Shown here: positions 10,149-20,900 of the stretch, piece after piece
Layout: every line of letters begins with the position of its first letter
How positions within the stretch are numbered: position 1 is the first letter of the stretch
Assembly: GCA_965116875.1 (NCBI GenBank)
Contig: OZ220733.1
Coordinates: forward strand, 3,232,001-3,296,000
Direction: 5' to 3'
DNA from: Candidatus Latescibacterota bacterium
Lineage (GTDB): Bacteria > Latescibacterota > UBA2968 > GCA-2709665
Length of the DNA stretch: 64,000 nt
Program-made: the position numbers and the translations under genes
Notes under the pieces: generated by a model
Seen by the model: only the letters and a program-made list of their open reading frames with translations
Told to the model about the DNA's origin: nothing
The model's database searches: none

Positions 10149-10625
10149 TCAATACCGATATCGGCCGCCGGATCGATAGTAGGGCGAATTACTCAATTGA
10201 ATTTCGATCTGGATGTTTTTCCTCGGCTGGTAGAACATCCCCACATAGGGAATGACAAGCCTTGTACTGTTACCCATGGAGGATCCGAAGGCCGAGTTGC
10301 CCTGCAGCACGTTTTCGAGTCCGACCTGCGCCTCGAACAGCAGGGGCTTTTCCGTATTTGCACGGTAACTGATGGTATTGAGATAGTACTGGCTTGCGCC
10401 GCCGAAGGCCCCGGAACGGAAGTTGAACCCGACCGTATTCCTGAAAGAAAGCCTGCCCGAATCGAAAAGGCCCTTGAACTTTTCACCCAGTCCGAGAGGT
10501 TTGGGCGAAAAATCGATGGTTTTCAGGGCGGGAAGTTTCGCCGGCTGAGGTTGGAGCAGCGGCTCAGCCGACGCCGAAGCAGCCGCAAGAAACGAAATGG
10601 CCAGCAGACACGTTAGCGTTTTCAT
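10149..10625 (-). CDS. Secreted hypothetical protein, beta-strand rich (possibly outer membrane)
   Basis: Signal peptide MKTLTCLLAISFLAAASASA after a GGAGG RBS. Confidence 0.7.
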   Translation of the reverse strand: MKTLTCLLAISFLAAASASAEPLLQPQPAKLPALKTIDFSPKPLGLGEKFKGLFDSGRLSFRNTVGFNFRSGAFGGASQYYLNTISYRANTEKPLLFEAQVGLENVLQGNSAFGSSMGNSTRLVIPYVGMFYQPRKNIQIEIQLSNSPYYRSGGRYRY

Positions 10626-10680
10626 CTGGTCTTCCTCCTGCATTCCCGGCTCGGAAAGCCGCATTCAGTAACCGTGACAA

Positions 10681-10709
10681 AGAATACGACAATAGAAATG
10701 GCTTGTCAA
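10681..10709 (-). promoter_or_regulatory. Putative sigma70 promoter
   Basis: TTGACA-17 bp-TATTCT on the minus strand upstream of the 10625 gene. Confidence 0.55.
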
Positions 10710-10775
10710 GGGCTATTGACCTGAGTCGCCATATCACCTGTTGGACGATTGAGGCGTGAAAAACGTTCCATATTA

Positions 10776-10806
10776 CAGTCCGTTGATAAAGTCGCTCTGC
10801 AGGCGA
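10776..10806. mobile_element. Isolated terminus of the 160-bp MITE family
   Basis: CAGTCCGTTGATAAAGTCGCTCTGCAGGCGA is the exact reverse complement of 37030-37060. Confidence 0.75.
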
Positions 10807-10921
10807 CGGGTTGTGTCCCGTCGCGGAAATATTACCAGGAGCGGAGAATAGTTGACGTCTCTTGCCTCTTCTACGGAGGAGGACGTGCGCGTATCGTGTT
10901 TCCGGAACCTGTAGCCCGTAG

Positions 10922-11049
10922 CCCTGCCCTGAGCCGCTCCCTGAGCCTGCGGTCCCTGAGCTTGTCGAAGGGTCGAAGGGTCGGCGAAGGGCAGTATGAG
11001 GGACCGAACGGCTATCGAAAACACGGGCACTTCGACAAGCTCAGCGACC
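10922..11049. repeat. Nested REP-like palindromes (CCCTGAGCYTGTCGAAGGG family) plus an inverted partner
   Basis: Three CCCTGAGC followed by three CGAAGGG. Inverted copy CACTTCGACAAGCTCAGCGACC at 11028-11049. Confidence 0.8.
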
Positions 11050-11177
11050 ACGTTTTGGCAGGCTCAACTGCTGCTGATGTATACTATAAAATGCTCCACG
11101 TGATATGTCGCCATTCATCCGCCGATTTATCCCGTCTCGCCTTCCGCCATTCGTCCCGAACGCAGACTGCCGTGTGT

Positions 11178-12299
11178 CTATGCCTCTTCCATCAGTTCCA
11201 CAAACCGATCGAAGAGGTATTCGGCGTCGTGCGGGCCCGCGGACGCTTCCGGGTGGTATTGTACGCAGAAGACGGGCAGGTGTCTGTGCCTCATCCCTTC
11301 CAGGGTGTTGTCATTCAGGTTGATATGGGTGACTTCCACCTCGCGGCGGTCCAGCGAGTCCGCGTCGACGGCAAACCCGTGATTCTGCGAGGTGATTTCC
11401 ACTTTGCCCGTTTCCAGTTCCTTGACGGGCTGGTTGGCGCCCCGATGACCGAATTTCAGCTTGTACGTCCGCCCGCCGAGGGCCAGGCCCAGCAGCTGAT
11501 GCCCGAGGCAGATGCCGAAGGTCGGTCTGGCGCGGATGAGCTGACGGATGTTCTCCACCGCGCCCGTAAGCGGCTCGGGGTCGCCGGGACCGTTTGACAG
11601 GAAGATGCCGTGCGGGTCGATTTCCAGCAGCTGTTCCGCCGGCGAGTCGGCCGGAAACACGGTGACGTCGCAGCCGCGGCTGACGAGGTAACGAAGGATG
11701 TTCCGCTTGACGCCGAAGTCGTAGACGGCAACGCGGAAACGAGGCTTCTCCGTGAGCGTTTCCGTCCGTCCGGTCTCATAATCGAACAGGCCTTCGGTCC
11801 AGCGGTAGGGTTCGCTGCATCCGGCCGAGCGCGCGAGGTCGCGTCCCGCCATACCCGGCGACTTCCTGGCCTTGTCGACCAGGCTGTCGCGGTCAAGGTC
11901 CTGGGTGGACAGGACGCTTTTCATGGCGCCTTCGTTGCGAATTCGCCGCGTCAGCGCCCGGGTGTCGATCCCCTGAATGCCAAGGATGCCATTGCGTTTC
12001 AGATAGTCGCCGAGAGATTCACACGAACGCCAGTTGCTTGGCAGTTCGCAGTATTCCCTGACCACGAATCCTTCCACCTGGGGCCGCGCAGACTCCACGT
12101 CGTTCGGATTGACGCCGTAGTTTCCGATAAGGGGATACGTCATCGCCACAATCTGGCCCTTGTAGGACGGATCCGTGAGGATTTCCTGGTACCCGGTGAT
12201 GCTGGTGTTGAAGACGACCTCTCCCACGCATTCACCGGGCGCGCCGAAGGACGCTCCCTCGTAGCAGGCGCCGTCTTCCAGGGCAAGGATGGCTTTCAT
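11178..12299 (-). CDS. carA: Carbamoyl-phosphate synthase small subunit
   Basis: [40 protein letters not shown] and QYHPEAS. Confidence 0.97.
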   Translation of the reverse strand: MKAILALEDGACYEGASFGAPGECVGEVVFNTSITGYQEILTDPSYKGQIVAMTYPLIGNYGVNPNDVESARPQVEGFVVREYCELPSNWRSCESLGDYLKRNGILGIQGIDTRALTRRIRNEGAMKSVLSTQDLDRDSLVDKARKSPGMAGRDLARSAGCSEPYRWTEGLFDYETGRTETLTEKPRFRVAVYDFGVKRNILRYLVSRGCDVTVFPADSPAEQLLEIDPHGIFLSNGPGDPEPLTGAVENIRQLIRARPTFGICLGHQLLGLALGGRTYKLKFGHRGANQPVKELETGKVEITSQNHGFAVDADSLDRREVEVTHINLNDNTLEGMRHRHLPVFCVQYHPEASAGPHDAEYLFDRFVELMEEA

Positions 12300-12380
12300 G
12301 GACGTGAGTCGCTCCTCAAGGGCGCCGGCATAAGGGCTTGCCTGATTTCTTCCGGCGTGGTGTCACGAATGGATCCGGCG

Positions 12381-13700
12381 TCACGCGGGTGGCGCCGCCC
12401 GGTCTCCGTCGTCGCCCGTGCTGTGGGTCACGCGACCGCCAAGGACCGTGAGAACGGCCCTGCCGGTCAGCGTGTGCCCGTGAAATGGCGTGTTTCTGGA
12501 CCTGGATCGAAACGCATGGGCGTCAACGGTCCAGTTGAGTGATGGGTCGATGACCGACACGTCCCCCGGCGCTCCGGGAGTCAGTGTGCCCCCGGGTATA
12601 CCCAGGATTCGCGCGGGCGCCGAAGTCAGCATTCGGATCACGTCGGATGCGGAGAGAATGCCGGGTTCGACAAGATGCGTGAAGAGGGTCCCGACGGCGG
12701 TTTCCAGCCCCAGGATTCCGTTTGGCGCTTCGGGAAAGCGCTGGAGTTTCTCCGTAACCGTGTGCGGCGCGTGGTCCGTGGCGAGCGCGTCAATTGTGCC
12801 GTCGTCGAGTCCCTCGAGCAGGGCATCGCGGTCGTCGGCAGAACGCAGGGGAGGGCTCATCTTGCCCTGCGTACCGTAAACGCGCACGTCTTCGTCCGTG
12901 AGTGCGACGTGGTGCGGCGTGGCTTCGCAGGTAACGCGCAGGCCCTCTGATTTTGCGCGTCGCACCAGGTCCACAGCGCGACGAACGCTGATATGGAGGA
13001 TATGCAGGCGTCCGCCAACCGAACGGAGCAGGTTGATATCCCGCTCGACCATGGCCGCCTCGCCTTCGGCCGGCATGCCCTTGATGTCCAGTTCGCGAGA
13101 GACGGCGCCTTCGTGCATGTGCCCGCCCCTTGTGAGCGCGAACACCTCTGTGTGCGGGCAGACGGGAAATCCGTGCCGGTCCGACAGACGCAGGAGATCG
13201 CGCATGACGGCGTCGGACTCAATCGGCAGGCCGTCGTCCGAAAGTCCGACGGCGCCGGCGTGCAGAAGGGCATCGACGTCGGTGAGTTCGTCTCCCTTCA
13301 TCCCTTTTGTCGCACAGGCGATCGGATAGACGCGCGCATCCGCCTTCCGGGCCCTGTTCACGATGTATTCGACGGTTTCCGGGGAATCGGTTGGCGGGTC
13401 GGTGTTCGGCAGGCAGGCGAGCGCCGTAAATCCACCGGAAGCCGCGGCACGGCACCCGGAATCCACGGTTTCCTTTTCGGGAAATCCGGGATCCCGCAGA
13501 TGGACGTGCATGTCGATGAGTCCGGGGACGACCAGCTTTCCGGCGGCGTCGATGATATGGGCGCCGGCCGGGGGAACGATTCCGGGGGCGATACGGTCGA
13601 TAAGCCCGTCGCGGATCAGAAGGTCCGCGGAAGCGTCGACCGCGTTGGCGGGATCGACGATTCGTCCGTTCTTGAGGAGAATTGGAGTGGCCGGGCTCAT
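12381..13700 (-). CDS. pyrC: Dihydroorotase (type I)
   Basis: DMHVHLRDPG, PNTDP, ATDHAPH and SRNTPF. Adjacent to carA. Confidence 0.92.
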   Translation of the reverse strand: MSPATPILLKNGRIVDPANAVDASADLLIRDGLIDRIAPGIVPPAGAHIIDAAGKLVVPGLIDMHVHLRDPGFPEKETVDSGCRAAASGGFTALACLPNTDPPTDSPETVEYIVNRARKADARVYPIACATKGMKGDELTDVDALLHAGAVGLSDDGLPIESDAVMRDLLRLSDRHGFPVCPHTEVFALTRGGHMHEGAVSRELDIKGMPAEGEAAMVERDINLLRSVGGRLHILHISVRRAVDLVRRAKSEGLRVTCEATPHHVALTDEDVRVYGTQGKMSPPLRSADDRDALLEGLDDGTIDALATDHAPHTVTEKLQRFPEAPNGILGLETAVGTLFTHLVEPGILSASDVIRMLTSAPARILGIPGGTLTPGAPGDVSVIDPSLNWTVDAHAFRSRSRNTPFHGHTLTGRAVLTVLGGRVTHSTGDDGDRAAPPA

Positions 13701-13724
13701 TTGGTGAAGGAGATGCAGCGGTAG

Positions 13725-13886
13725 GAAGTTGTTTTAAAATTACCGGTGAGTTCCCGGGCACGAGCGAAAAAGTGGCGGTCAAGGCGGGAAAATCCGCCCA
13801 TATTTGTCTATACGGGTGGGTTTGACCAACGCCGACCGGCGCTTTTGCAGCCGTGCGAAGACCGCTGGGAATTTTAAGACAGCTTC
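13725..13886. mobile_element. 162-bp MITE, copy 1
   Basis: TIRs GAAGTTGTTTTAAAATT / AATTTTAAGACAGCTTC. Near-identical to 42752-42913 and 54294-54455. Confidence 0.9.
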
Positions 13887-14042
13887 TAAGGGAATTTTGA
13901 ATGCAAAGTTACCGGCGAGGGCCGTTTCTGTCAAGCGGATTCCTCTTGACAAAGGTGTATCCGCCGTCTCGCTGCTTGCTGTTTCACAGGACGGTGCGTA
14001 TCTTTGTCGGAAATAAGCGTCGCAATTGAACGGAGGCCTCCC

Positions 14043-15173
14043 ATGTTTGTTTTATTATTGATCGCGCCGGTATTTTTCGCGGTGCTGCTGGGTCCCGCAT
14101 CGGCCATGGCGTCGGCGGAGAAGGGCCCAATGCTCCCGTTTCGCGCGATGCCTGTACCCGGAGATCTGGAGATTTCACCTGAAGAGGACCGGGCATTCCT
14201 GGAGGACGTGCTGAAGAGCATTTTCCCTGACGGTACCGACGGACTGACCGACGAGCAGAAAGGGATCGCGATTCTGCGTTACGCGTCATCCGCGCTGGAA
14301 CTGAAGAACAACGGCGGGACGGCGACGAAGATTATCAGGGAGGGCTATGCGATCTGCGGCGGACTCTCGCACGTGCACCGGGTTCTCTGCCGGATGGTGG
14401 GGCTGCCCGCGCGGTATATCGGCGCGTTCAATCTTCGTCCGATCATGGGCAGCCATGCCATCAGCGAGGTCTACTACGACGGCAAATGGCATCTGCTGGA
14501 CCCCACGTTCGGTCTGTTCTTCTATTCGAAGGAGACGTATGACGGCGCGGGAGAAATCGCGTCCTTTCACGATCTTGTGATGACGCCGGACCGCTGGACG
14601 GCGTTCAAGGTGGTGGAACAGCCCTGGATCGGCCGGTACGACGATACGGTCCGGTCTCACGGGGTTGTGGCAGCCGAGGCGGACTACCTGAAAGACAGGT
14701 ACAGGACGCCGATCCTGGACCTCTACAGGAAATACCTGGCGGAGACGTTTCCAATCGCCTACGGGCATAGCGATCCGGTTTCCTATCCGGTAGACGCGGA
14801 CCTGTCTGCACAGGAAGAGATGTGGATCGGCGAGGCGGACGGGAATAACAGCGACGTGCTGAGGATGGTGACGAACGGGTCCGCGTACGTGGGCGGCCAC
14901 TACCTGGGCGGCACGTATCCGCCCGGTTTTCACACCTGGTCCATCAGGGCGCCCGGACCGTGTCGTTTGCGAATCGAGTATTTCAGCACGCAGGACGACC
15001 CGCCCGGCCTCGAGCCGAGCCCGTTGAAGGCGGCGCGAATCGTCTCCGTTCGCAAGGACGGGAGAAGCGTCATCCTCGACCTTCTGGCATTGGGGCCGGA
15101 GGTGATCGTGTCGGTGTACTGCCCGGATGGCACGTTTGCCGTGGATGCCGTCCGTGCGGCGCGGCTGCGTTGA
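14043..15173 (+). CDS. Secreted transglutaminase-like (Cys-His-Asp) domain protein
   Basis: Signal peptide, AICGG, SHAISEVYYDGKWHLLDPT. GGAGG RBS before the ATG at 14043. Confidence 0.8.
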   Translation: MFVLLLIAPVFFAVLLGPASAMASAEKGPMLPFRAMPVPGDLEISPEEDRAFLEDVLKSIFPDGTDGLTDEQKGIAILRYASSALELKNNGGTATKIIREGYAICGGLSHVHRVLCRMVGLPARYIGAFNLRPIMGSHAISEVYYDGKWHLLDPTFGLFFYSKETYDGAGEIASFHDLVMTPDRWTAFKVVEQPWIGRYDDTVRSHGVVAAEADYLKDRYRTPILDLYRKYLAETFPIAYGHSDPVSYPVDADLSAQEEMWIGEADGNNSDVLRMVTNGSAYVGGHYLGGTYPPGFHTWSIRAPGPCRLRIEYFSTQDDPPGLEPSPLKAARIVSVRKDGRSVILDLLALGPEVIVSVYCPDGTFAVDAVRAARLR

Positions 15174-15230
15174 ACAGCCGAAACCGCGACAGGATACCAG
15201 AGTGGTACTTTCCCTCAATGGAGTCGCACA

Positions 15231-17732
15231 ATGATCGAGGTTCTGCGCGAGGAACGTCCCCGGCTCTACCACCCGGCGGACGATTCGCAATACAGGTTCA
15301 ATCCGCCGGAGGACGAGGCGCGGAGACGCATTCTGGGAAATATCCTTGCGGACTGCGAGGAATTCTATCCCCAGCGTCCGTGGAAACGGATCCCCGAACG
15401 GCCGGATAGCCCGCACCCCTACCACCAGCTGTACCTCACGTTCTATACGGGGATGCATGCAACGGCGCTTATGGAGAATTACGCGTTCGCGTGGCGGCTG
15501 ACCGGAGACCCCCGGTGGCTGAAACGCGCCAGAGACTGGACGCGGGCGGCCGCGGCGTGGGAACACAGCGACCGCGTGGAGGAGCATTTCTATACGGCAA
15601 ACCGGTATATGCAGGCGTTTGCGTTCTCGCTGGACCTGATGGACGACGTCTTACCGGACGACGAGAACAAACGGGCGACCGCGTGTCTCGTCCGGCTGAT
15701 GGAGCGCTGGTGGCCGGACGTGGAACGCTCCAGGCATTCGTCCGACGGACGGCACCACGCGGTGGTCGACAACGGGCATTTCGGCGTGGCGGCGCTGCAT
15801 CTGCTGGGAACACACCCCGATGCGGAAGCGTGGGTGGCGGCCGTAATCGACCGGTTTCGCAGCGGGGTGATGCCCCATGGCTGCGGGCGGGACGGCGAGC
15901 CCGGCGACGGCGCCCCGTTCTGGCCGTGGGAGAACCTGTGGATGCTTCACTTCGCCGACGCGCTCAGAAACGTGACCGGGGAGGATCTCTACAAGGCATT
16001 CCCCAGGCGCCTGAAACGGCCCCTGAAATGGTTCCGTTACCACCTGGCGCCGCCGGAGACGATTGAAGACCGGGTTTATTATCCCCAGAATTCGAACGTG
16101 ATCACGGGCAGTCAACTCAATGCGTGTTCGGTGACGCTGCTTCGTCTGGCACAGGAGGCGGGAGACGGGGAGATGCGTGACGCGGCGCTTGGCGATCCCA
16201 GACTGGGCAGGCTCTACCGGTTCGGTATGGGCGTAAAGGGCACCACGGCCGAGTGCATCGTCTCGTACGGCCCCTACGCGTATTGTTATTGCGATCCGGC
16301 GTTCCGCAGGTCGCGTCGCAGGAAGGAGCTGCCGCTTTCGAGGACGTTCATGCGGGCGCACTACGGGGAGGCGGGGCTCCTGCGCAGCGGATGGGGCACG
16401 GACGCGGTTGTCTGCAGCGTGACCGGATACAAGGGCGGGGGCGCACACGGGTATTTGAACCTGCACGCGCAGTGGTCCGGATATCCGGTACTGAAGTCGA
16501 TTTCCGCGGAAGAAGCGCAGCCTGTGGCCTGCGGGAGCCTTCCCTTCGTGGGCGGACAGAACGAGATCGTTGCGTTTCTCAAGCGGCTGGAAACGCAGGA
16601 GCGGCTCGACCGGCTGCGCGTCCGGTCCGTTCGCACGGAACAGGAATACTGGTTGTTGAAGGGAGCGTCGCCAATCCTGGTGACGGCTCTGAGACGCCGG
16701 CGCCGCGGGGTGAAACTGATGCGCCGTCGGGGTGAGGGATTCGCGCGATTGAACGGACGCGACGATCTGCAGTACGATCGCGGACTCTATTTCAATCCCA
16801 GAGCCGGTGAATTGAAGATGCGTTTCCGGCTGAACGGGGAGCGCCGGGAAGATGGACCTGGGGTCCTCTTCAATACGGGAATCGGCGTGGGGCGCGTGAT
16901 GGGTAACCGGGTGAACAACTACTCGCTGGCGATCATGGAAGGCAACGCGCTGACGTTTGTCGTGCAGAGCCAGCGGAATACGTCGGTCGAGGTGACGTCG
17001 CCCGTGAAAATCGAACCCGGCAGATGGCACGACGCTGCCATCCGGTGGGGCGGGTTCAACCGGCGGGGCGACCGGCCGTTCATCGAGATCGAAGTCGACG
17101 GCCGCCGGAACCGGTTCGACGATCCCGCGGTCTTCGGAGAACTGGGCGTGGATTCTCAGAACCTCGAGTCACGCGCCGAGCCCAGGACGTTCTACATCAA
17201 GTCGAACACGGTTCTGGCCTTCGGCGGCGCGGTCCAGATGCCGGGGACGGGTTTGAAGTGCGACCTCGGCATGCTTGACCTCAAGTGTCCCGGCCGCCGG
17301 CGATTGACGGTGGATTTCGAGACGGACATGGGGCCTGAAACGGGCAGCGCCGCGATGGGTTGGAAGTTGAACCCGGTGGACCTGCGCGATGTACGGTCCG
17401 GCCTGGCGCAGTTCGGGGCCGGTACGCGCACCGTCGACGTACTGCCTCTTTTCGGTGAGGACGCCCATTTCGAGCAGGAGGAGGTCCCCTTCGCGCCCGC
17501 GGGCCTCGCGGCGGGAAGCCTGAAGAGCTTTGTCCCTGGTGGACGGGATGCGAGCACCCGTGTGCTGCTGTCGACCCCGGGAGACGTTCTGGTCTTCGCG
17601 TTTCTGGATCACAGCCTGGACGCGCACGTGACTGCCCGCGCGAATGGATTCGAGATCCGGGCTGCCAATGACCGGTACGCGTTCGACGTCAATAGAACGG
17701 GTGGGGATATTCTGGCGGTGCGTGGTCATTGA
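15231..17732 (+). CDS. Heparinase II/III / alginate-lyase-like alpha-toroid protein with a LamG-like (concanavalin) insert
   Basis: YAFAWRLTGDPRWLKRA, DGEPGDG-FW and LLRSGW. The PGRWHDAAIRW...IEVDG segment is LamG-like. Confidence 0.55.
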   Translation: MIEVLREERPRLYHPADDSQYRFNPPEDEARRRILGNILADCEEFYPQRPWKRIPERPDSPHPYHQLYLTFYTGMHATALMENYAFAWRLTGDPRWLKRARDWTRAAAAWEHSDRVEEHFYTANRYMQAFAFSLDLMDDVLPDDENKRATACLVRLMERWWPDVERSRHSSDGRHHAVVDNGHFGVAALHLLGTHPDAEAWVAAVIDRFRSGVMPHGCGRDGEPGDGAPFWPWENLWMLHFADALRNVTGEDLYKAFPRRLKRPLKWFRYHLAPPETIEDRVYYPQNSNVITGSQLNACSVTLLRLAQEAGDGEMRDAALGDPRLGRLYRFGMGVKGTTAECIVSYGPYAYCYCDPAFRRSRRRKELPLSRTFMRAHYGEAGLLRSGWGTDAVVCSVTGYKGGGAHGYLNLHAQWSGYPVLKSISAEEAQPVACGSLPFVGGQNEIVAFLKRLETQERLDRLRVRSVRTEQEYWLLKGASPILVTALRRRRRGVKLMRRRGEGFARLNGRDDLQYDRGLYFNPRAGELKMRFRLNGERREDGPGVLFNTGIGVGRVMGNRVNNYSLAIMEGNALTFVVQSQRNTSVEVTSPVKIEPGRWHDAAIRWGGFNRRGDRPFIEIEVDGRRNRFDDPAVFGELGVDSQNLESRAEPRTFYIKSNTVLAFGGAVQMPGTGLKCDLGMLDLKCPGRRRLTVDFETDMGPETGSAAMGWKLNPVDLRDVRSGLAQFGAGTRTVDVLPLFGEDAHFEQEEVPFAPAGLAAGSLKSFVPGGRDASTRVLLSTPGDVLVFAFLDHSLDAHVTARANGFEIRAANDRYAFDVNRTGGDILAVRGH

Positions 17733-17740
17733 GCATGCCT

Positions 17741-17784
17741 GCATTGAGCTCGGTCCCTGAGCCTGTCGAAGGGTGTCGAAATGC
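17741..17784. repeat. REP palindrome nested inside a related REP
   Basis: GCATTGAGCT[CGGTCCCTGAGCCTGTCGAAGGG]TGTCGAAATGC. Confidence 0.75.
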
Positions 17785-17846
17785 CAGCATATCGAAATAA
17801 TCGCGAACATTGCTTTGGATACATTGCAGGTTGAATTTTCCGCCTT

Positions 17847-17871
17847 GTAGGGGCGTCCCTTGTGGGCGCCC
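17847..17871. repeat. GTAG-type REP hairpin
   Basis: GTAG followed by GGGCGTCC-CTTGT-GGGCGCCC. Related hairpins at 59723-59746 and 62734-62750. Confidence 0.65.
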
Positions 17872-17903
17872 GCCTTTCACCGGCGACATCGCTATCGCGA
17901 TAC

Positions 17904-20900
17904 ATGAGCATGGTTTCCAGCTTTCCCCATCGTTACGTTTCGATCGACCTGGAGGTCGGGAAGAAGGACGGCCGCATCCGCGCATTCGCCGCGGTTGGCA
18001 CGGATACCGAACGGTCGATAATCTTCCAGAAGGGCAATCTTAAAACGGCCCTGGCGGAACTCGACGATTTCGCTAAAGGCGCGGATTTCCTGCTCGGCCA
18101 TAACCTGATTGCCTTCGACCTGCCGCATCTCGCGGCGGCCGAATCGAACCTCCGGCTGCTGAAACTGCCCGCCGTCGATACACTGAAGCTGAACCCCCTC
18201 GCTTTTCCTCGCAATCCCTATCACCACCTCGTGAAGCACTACCAGGACCCGCAGCTCAAACGGGGACGCATCAACGACCCGGAACTCGACGCGCGGCTCG
18301 CCGTGGATCTCTTCCGCGACCAGTGCAGCGCATTGGAAGCGGCCGGTCGGGACACCCCGGACCTGACCCTGGCGTGGCACTGGCTCACCTCGGCTGCCGG
18401 CGACGGGACAGGCGTCGACGCGTTTTCCAGGAATGAAGCGACGGGGATCGAAGCACTGTTCTCCGCATTGCGACGGTCTCAACGGCCTTCGGACGCCGAG
18501 GCACGCGCGGCCATTGGCAGCCTTTTGAATGGCAATGCCTGCCGGAATACCGGCCAGGCTGTTGTACAGAATATCGAAAAGGTCGGCTGGCCGCTGGCTT
18601 ATGCTCTTGCCTGGCTGTCGGTCGCCGGGGGCAATTCGGTGATGCCGCCGTGGGTTCGACATCAGTTCCCCGATGCCGGAAAACTGGTTCGACGGTTGCG
18701 GGACAGACCGTGCGGCGAGTCGAAATGCGAGTGGTGCAATGAGCGACACGATCCGCGGAAAGAGCTGAAGCGATGGTTCGGCTTCGACGACTTCCGGCCG
18801 GAACCAGCCGACACGGACGGTCGCCCGATGCAGCAGGCCATCTGCGAGGCGGCGATGTCGGGCAAGCACGTCCTCGGAATCCTGCCCACCGGTACCGGCA
18901 AGTCGCTCTGCTATCAGATCCCAGCCCTCTCCCGTTATGACAAGACCGGCGCGCTTACCGTTGTGATCTCTCCCCTGGTTGCGCTCATGGCGGACCAGGT
19001 TGCGGGGCTGGAAGCACGGGGAATCTCCTCCTGCGTGGCGATCAACGGACTGCTCTCGATGCCCGAACGTGCCGATGCGCTGGACCGGGTGCGTCTCGGC
19101 GACGCCGGGATGGTACTCGTTTCCCCCGAGCAACTCCGCAGTCAGTCCTTCCGTCGCGTCCTGAACCAGCGAGAAATCGGCGCGTGGGTGCTGGACGAAG
19201 CCCATTGCCTCTCGCGATGGGGCCACGATTTCCGTCCCGATTACCGCTATATAGGGCGGTTCATCCGTGAGAAGGCGGGCGAGGAGCCGATTCCACCGGT
19301 GATATGCCTGACGGCAACCGCAAAGCCCGACGTCGTCGCCGACATTAGACAGCATTTTCGGGACGAACTCGGGGCTGAAATACGGGTGTTGGACGGCGGG
19401 GCCCAGCGCACGAATCTGGAATTCGTGGTGGTGAAGACGACCGAACCGGAAAAATTCGCGCACATCCATCAGATCTTGATGGCGGACCTGCCTCCGGATA
19501 CCCCGGGAGGCGCCATCGTCTATTGCGCAACGCGACGCCAGACCGAAGAGGCGGCGCAGTTCCTGCAACTCAAGGACGTTGCGGCGGAACATTTCCACGC
19601 GGGGCTGCCTCCCGAGACGAAGAAGAACGTGCAGCAAAGATTCATCGGCGGCGAGTTGCGGGTGATTACGGCCACCAATGCCTTCGGCATGGGTATCGAC
19701 AAACCGGACGTGCGGCTGGTCATTCACGCGGACATACCCGGTTCGCTGGAGAACTATATGCAGGAGGCCGGCCGCGCGGGGCGGGACAGGAAGTCAGCGC
19801 GATGTGTCCTTCTTTATACCCCGGAAGACGTGGAACGGCAGTTCGGCATGTCTGCGGCGTCGCGACTGACCCGGCGGGAGATCCACGGCGTCCTGAGGGC
19901 CCTCCGCAATCTGGACCGGAAGAAACGACTCGGCGGCGAAGTCGTCGCGACCTCAGGTGAGATCCTTGGCGAAGACGATGAATATGCCTTCGAACGGGAT
20001 TCCGCCACGGACGATACCCGTGTGCGGACGGCCGTGTCCTGGCTTGAAGAAACGGTATTGTTGTCCCGGGAGGAAAACCGGGTCCAGGTATACCCCTCGT
20101 CTCTGAAAGTAAATACAGTAAAGGAAGCGAGCGCAAGATTCCAAACGGGAAGGATTGCATACGGATATCGACGTCAGTTGCTGAGAATCGTCGAAGCTCT
20201 CATCGATGCGGAACCCGACGAGGGTATTTCCACGGACGAACTGATGGGCGTGTCCGGATTGAGTCCCGAAGGCGTACGTCGAGCCATGTTCGATCTCGAG
20301 CGGCTCGGCATCGCCAGCAATGATACGGCGCTGACCGCCTTCGTCCACGCCGGCGTGGTGCGCAGTTCTCGGAAGCGTTTCGATGAGGCCGTGGAGCTGG
20401 AGACAGGTTTGATCGCCCAGATGCGCGAGACCGCCCCCGATATGATCAAGGGAGACAGGTGGCCGCTCTTCTTGCGCCTTGCCTCTCAGAAGCTGCGAGA
20501 CGAGGATGTGCCGGATCCCCTTCCCGAGAGATTGTGGCGCATTCTCCGCAGTATCGCCCATGACGGACGCGGTGAAGGCGGCGACGCGGGCAGTCTCGGG
20601 ATACGCCGGCGAGACCCCGATACCGTGAACGTTGAACTGCGACGCGAATGGACGGACCTCGGTGAACTCGCGTCCCGCCGGCGTGCCGGGGCGAAACTCC
20701 TGCTCGATCACCTGCTGTCCTGCTTTCCCCCAAACACTCGCGGCACCGACCTGCTCGCCGAGACGACCCTCGGCAAGCTGCTGGCCGCTATCACGTCGGA
20801 TATCGTCCTGAAGAGCAGGAATCCGGAAAAACTGTTGGATCGAGCCCTCTTGTGGCTCCACGAACAGGAGGTCATTCGACTCCACAAGGGCCTTGCGGTA

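Noticed and set aside
10749-11597. 282-aa + strand ORF
   Set aside because: Made up of MITE/REP translation and carA antisense sequence.
12296-12380. Short open frame between pyrC and carA that overlaps the carA start (possible pyrC frameshift)
   Set aside because: pyrC is already complete and the peptide has no recognisable similarity.
13929-13951. TGTCAAG...CTTGACA inverted repeat as divergent promoters or an operator
   Set aside because: No convincing -10 box at the right spacing on the + strand, so it cannot be assigned.
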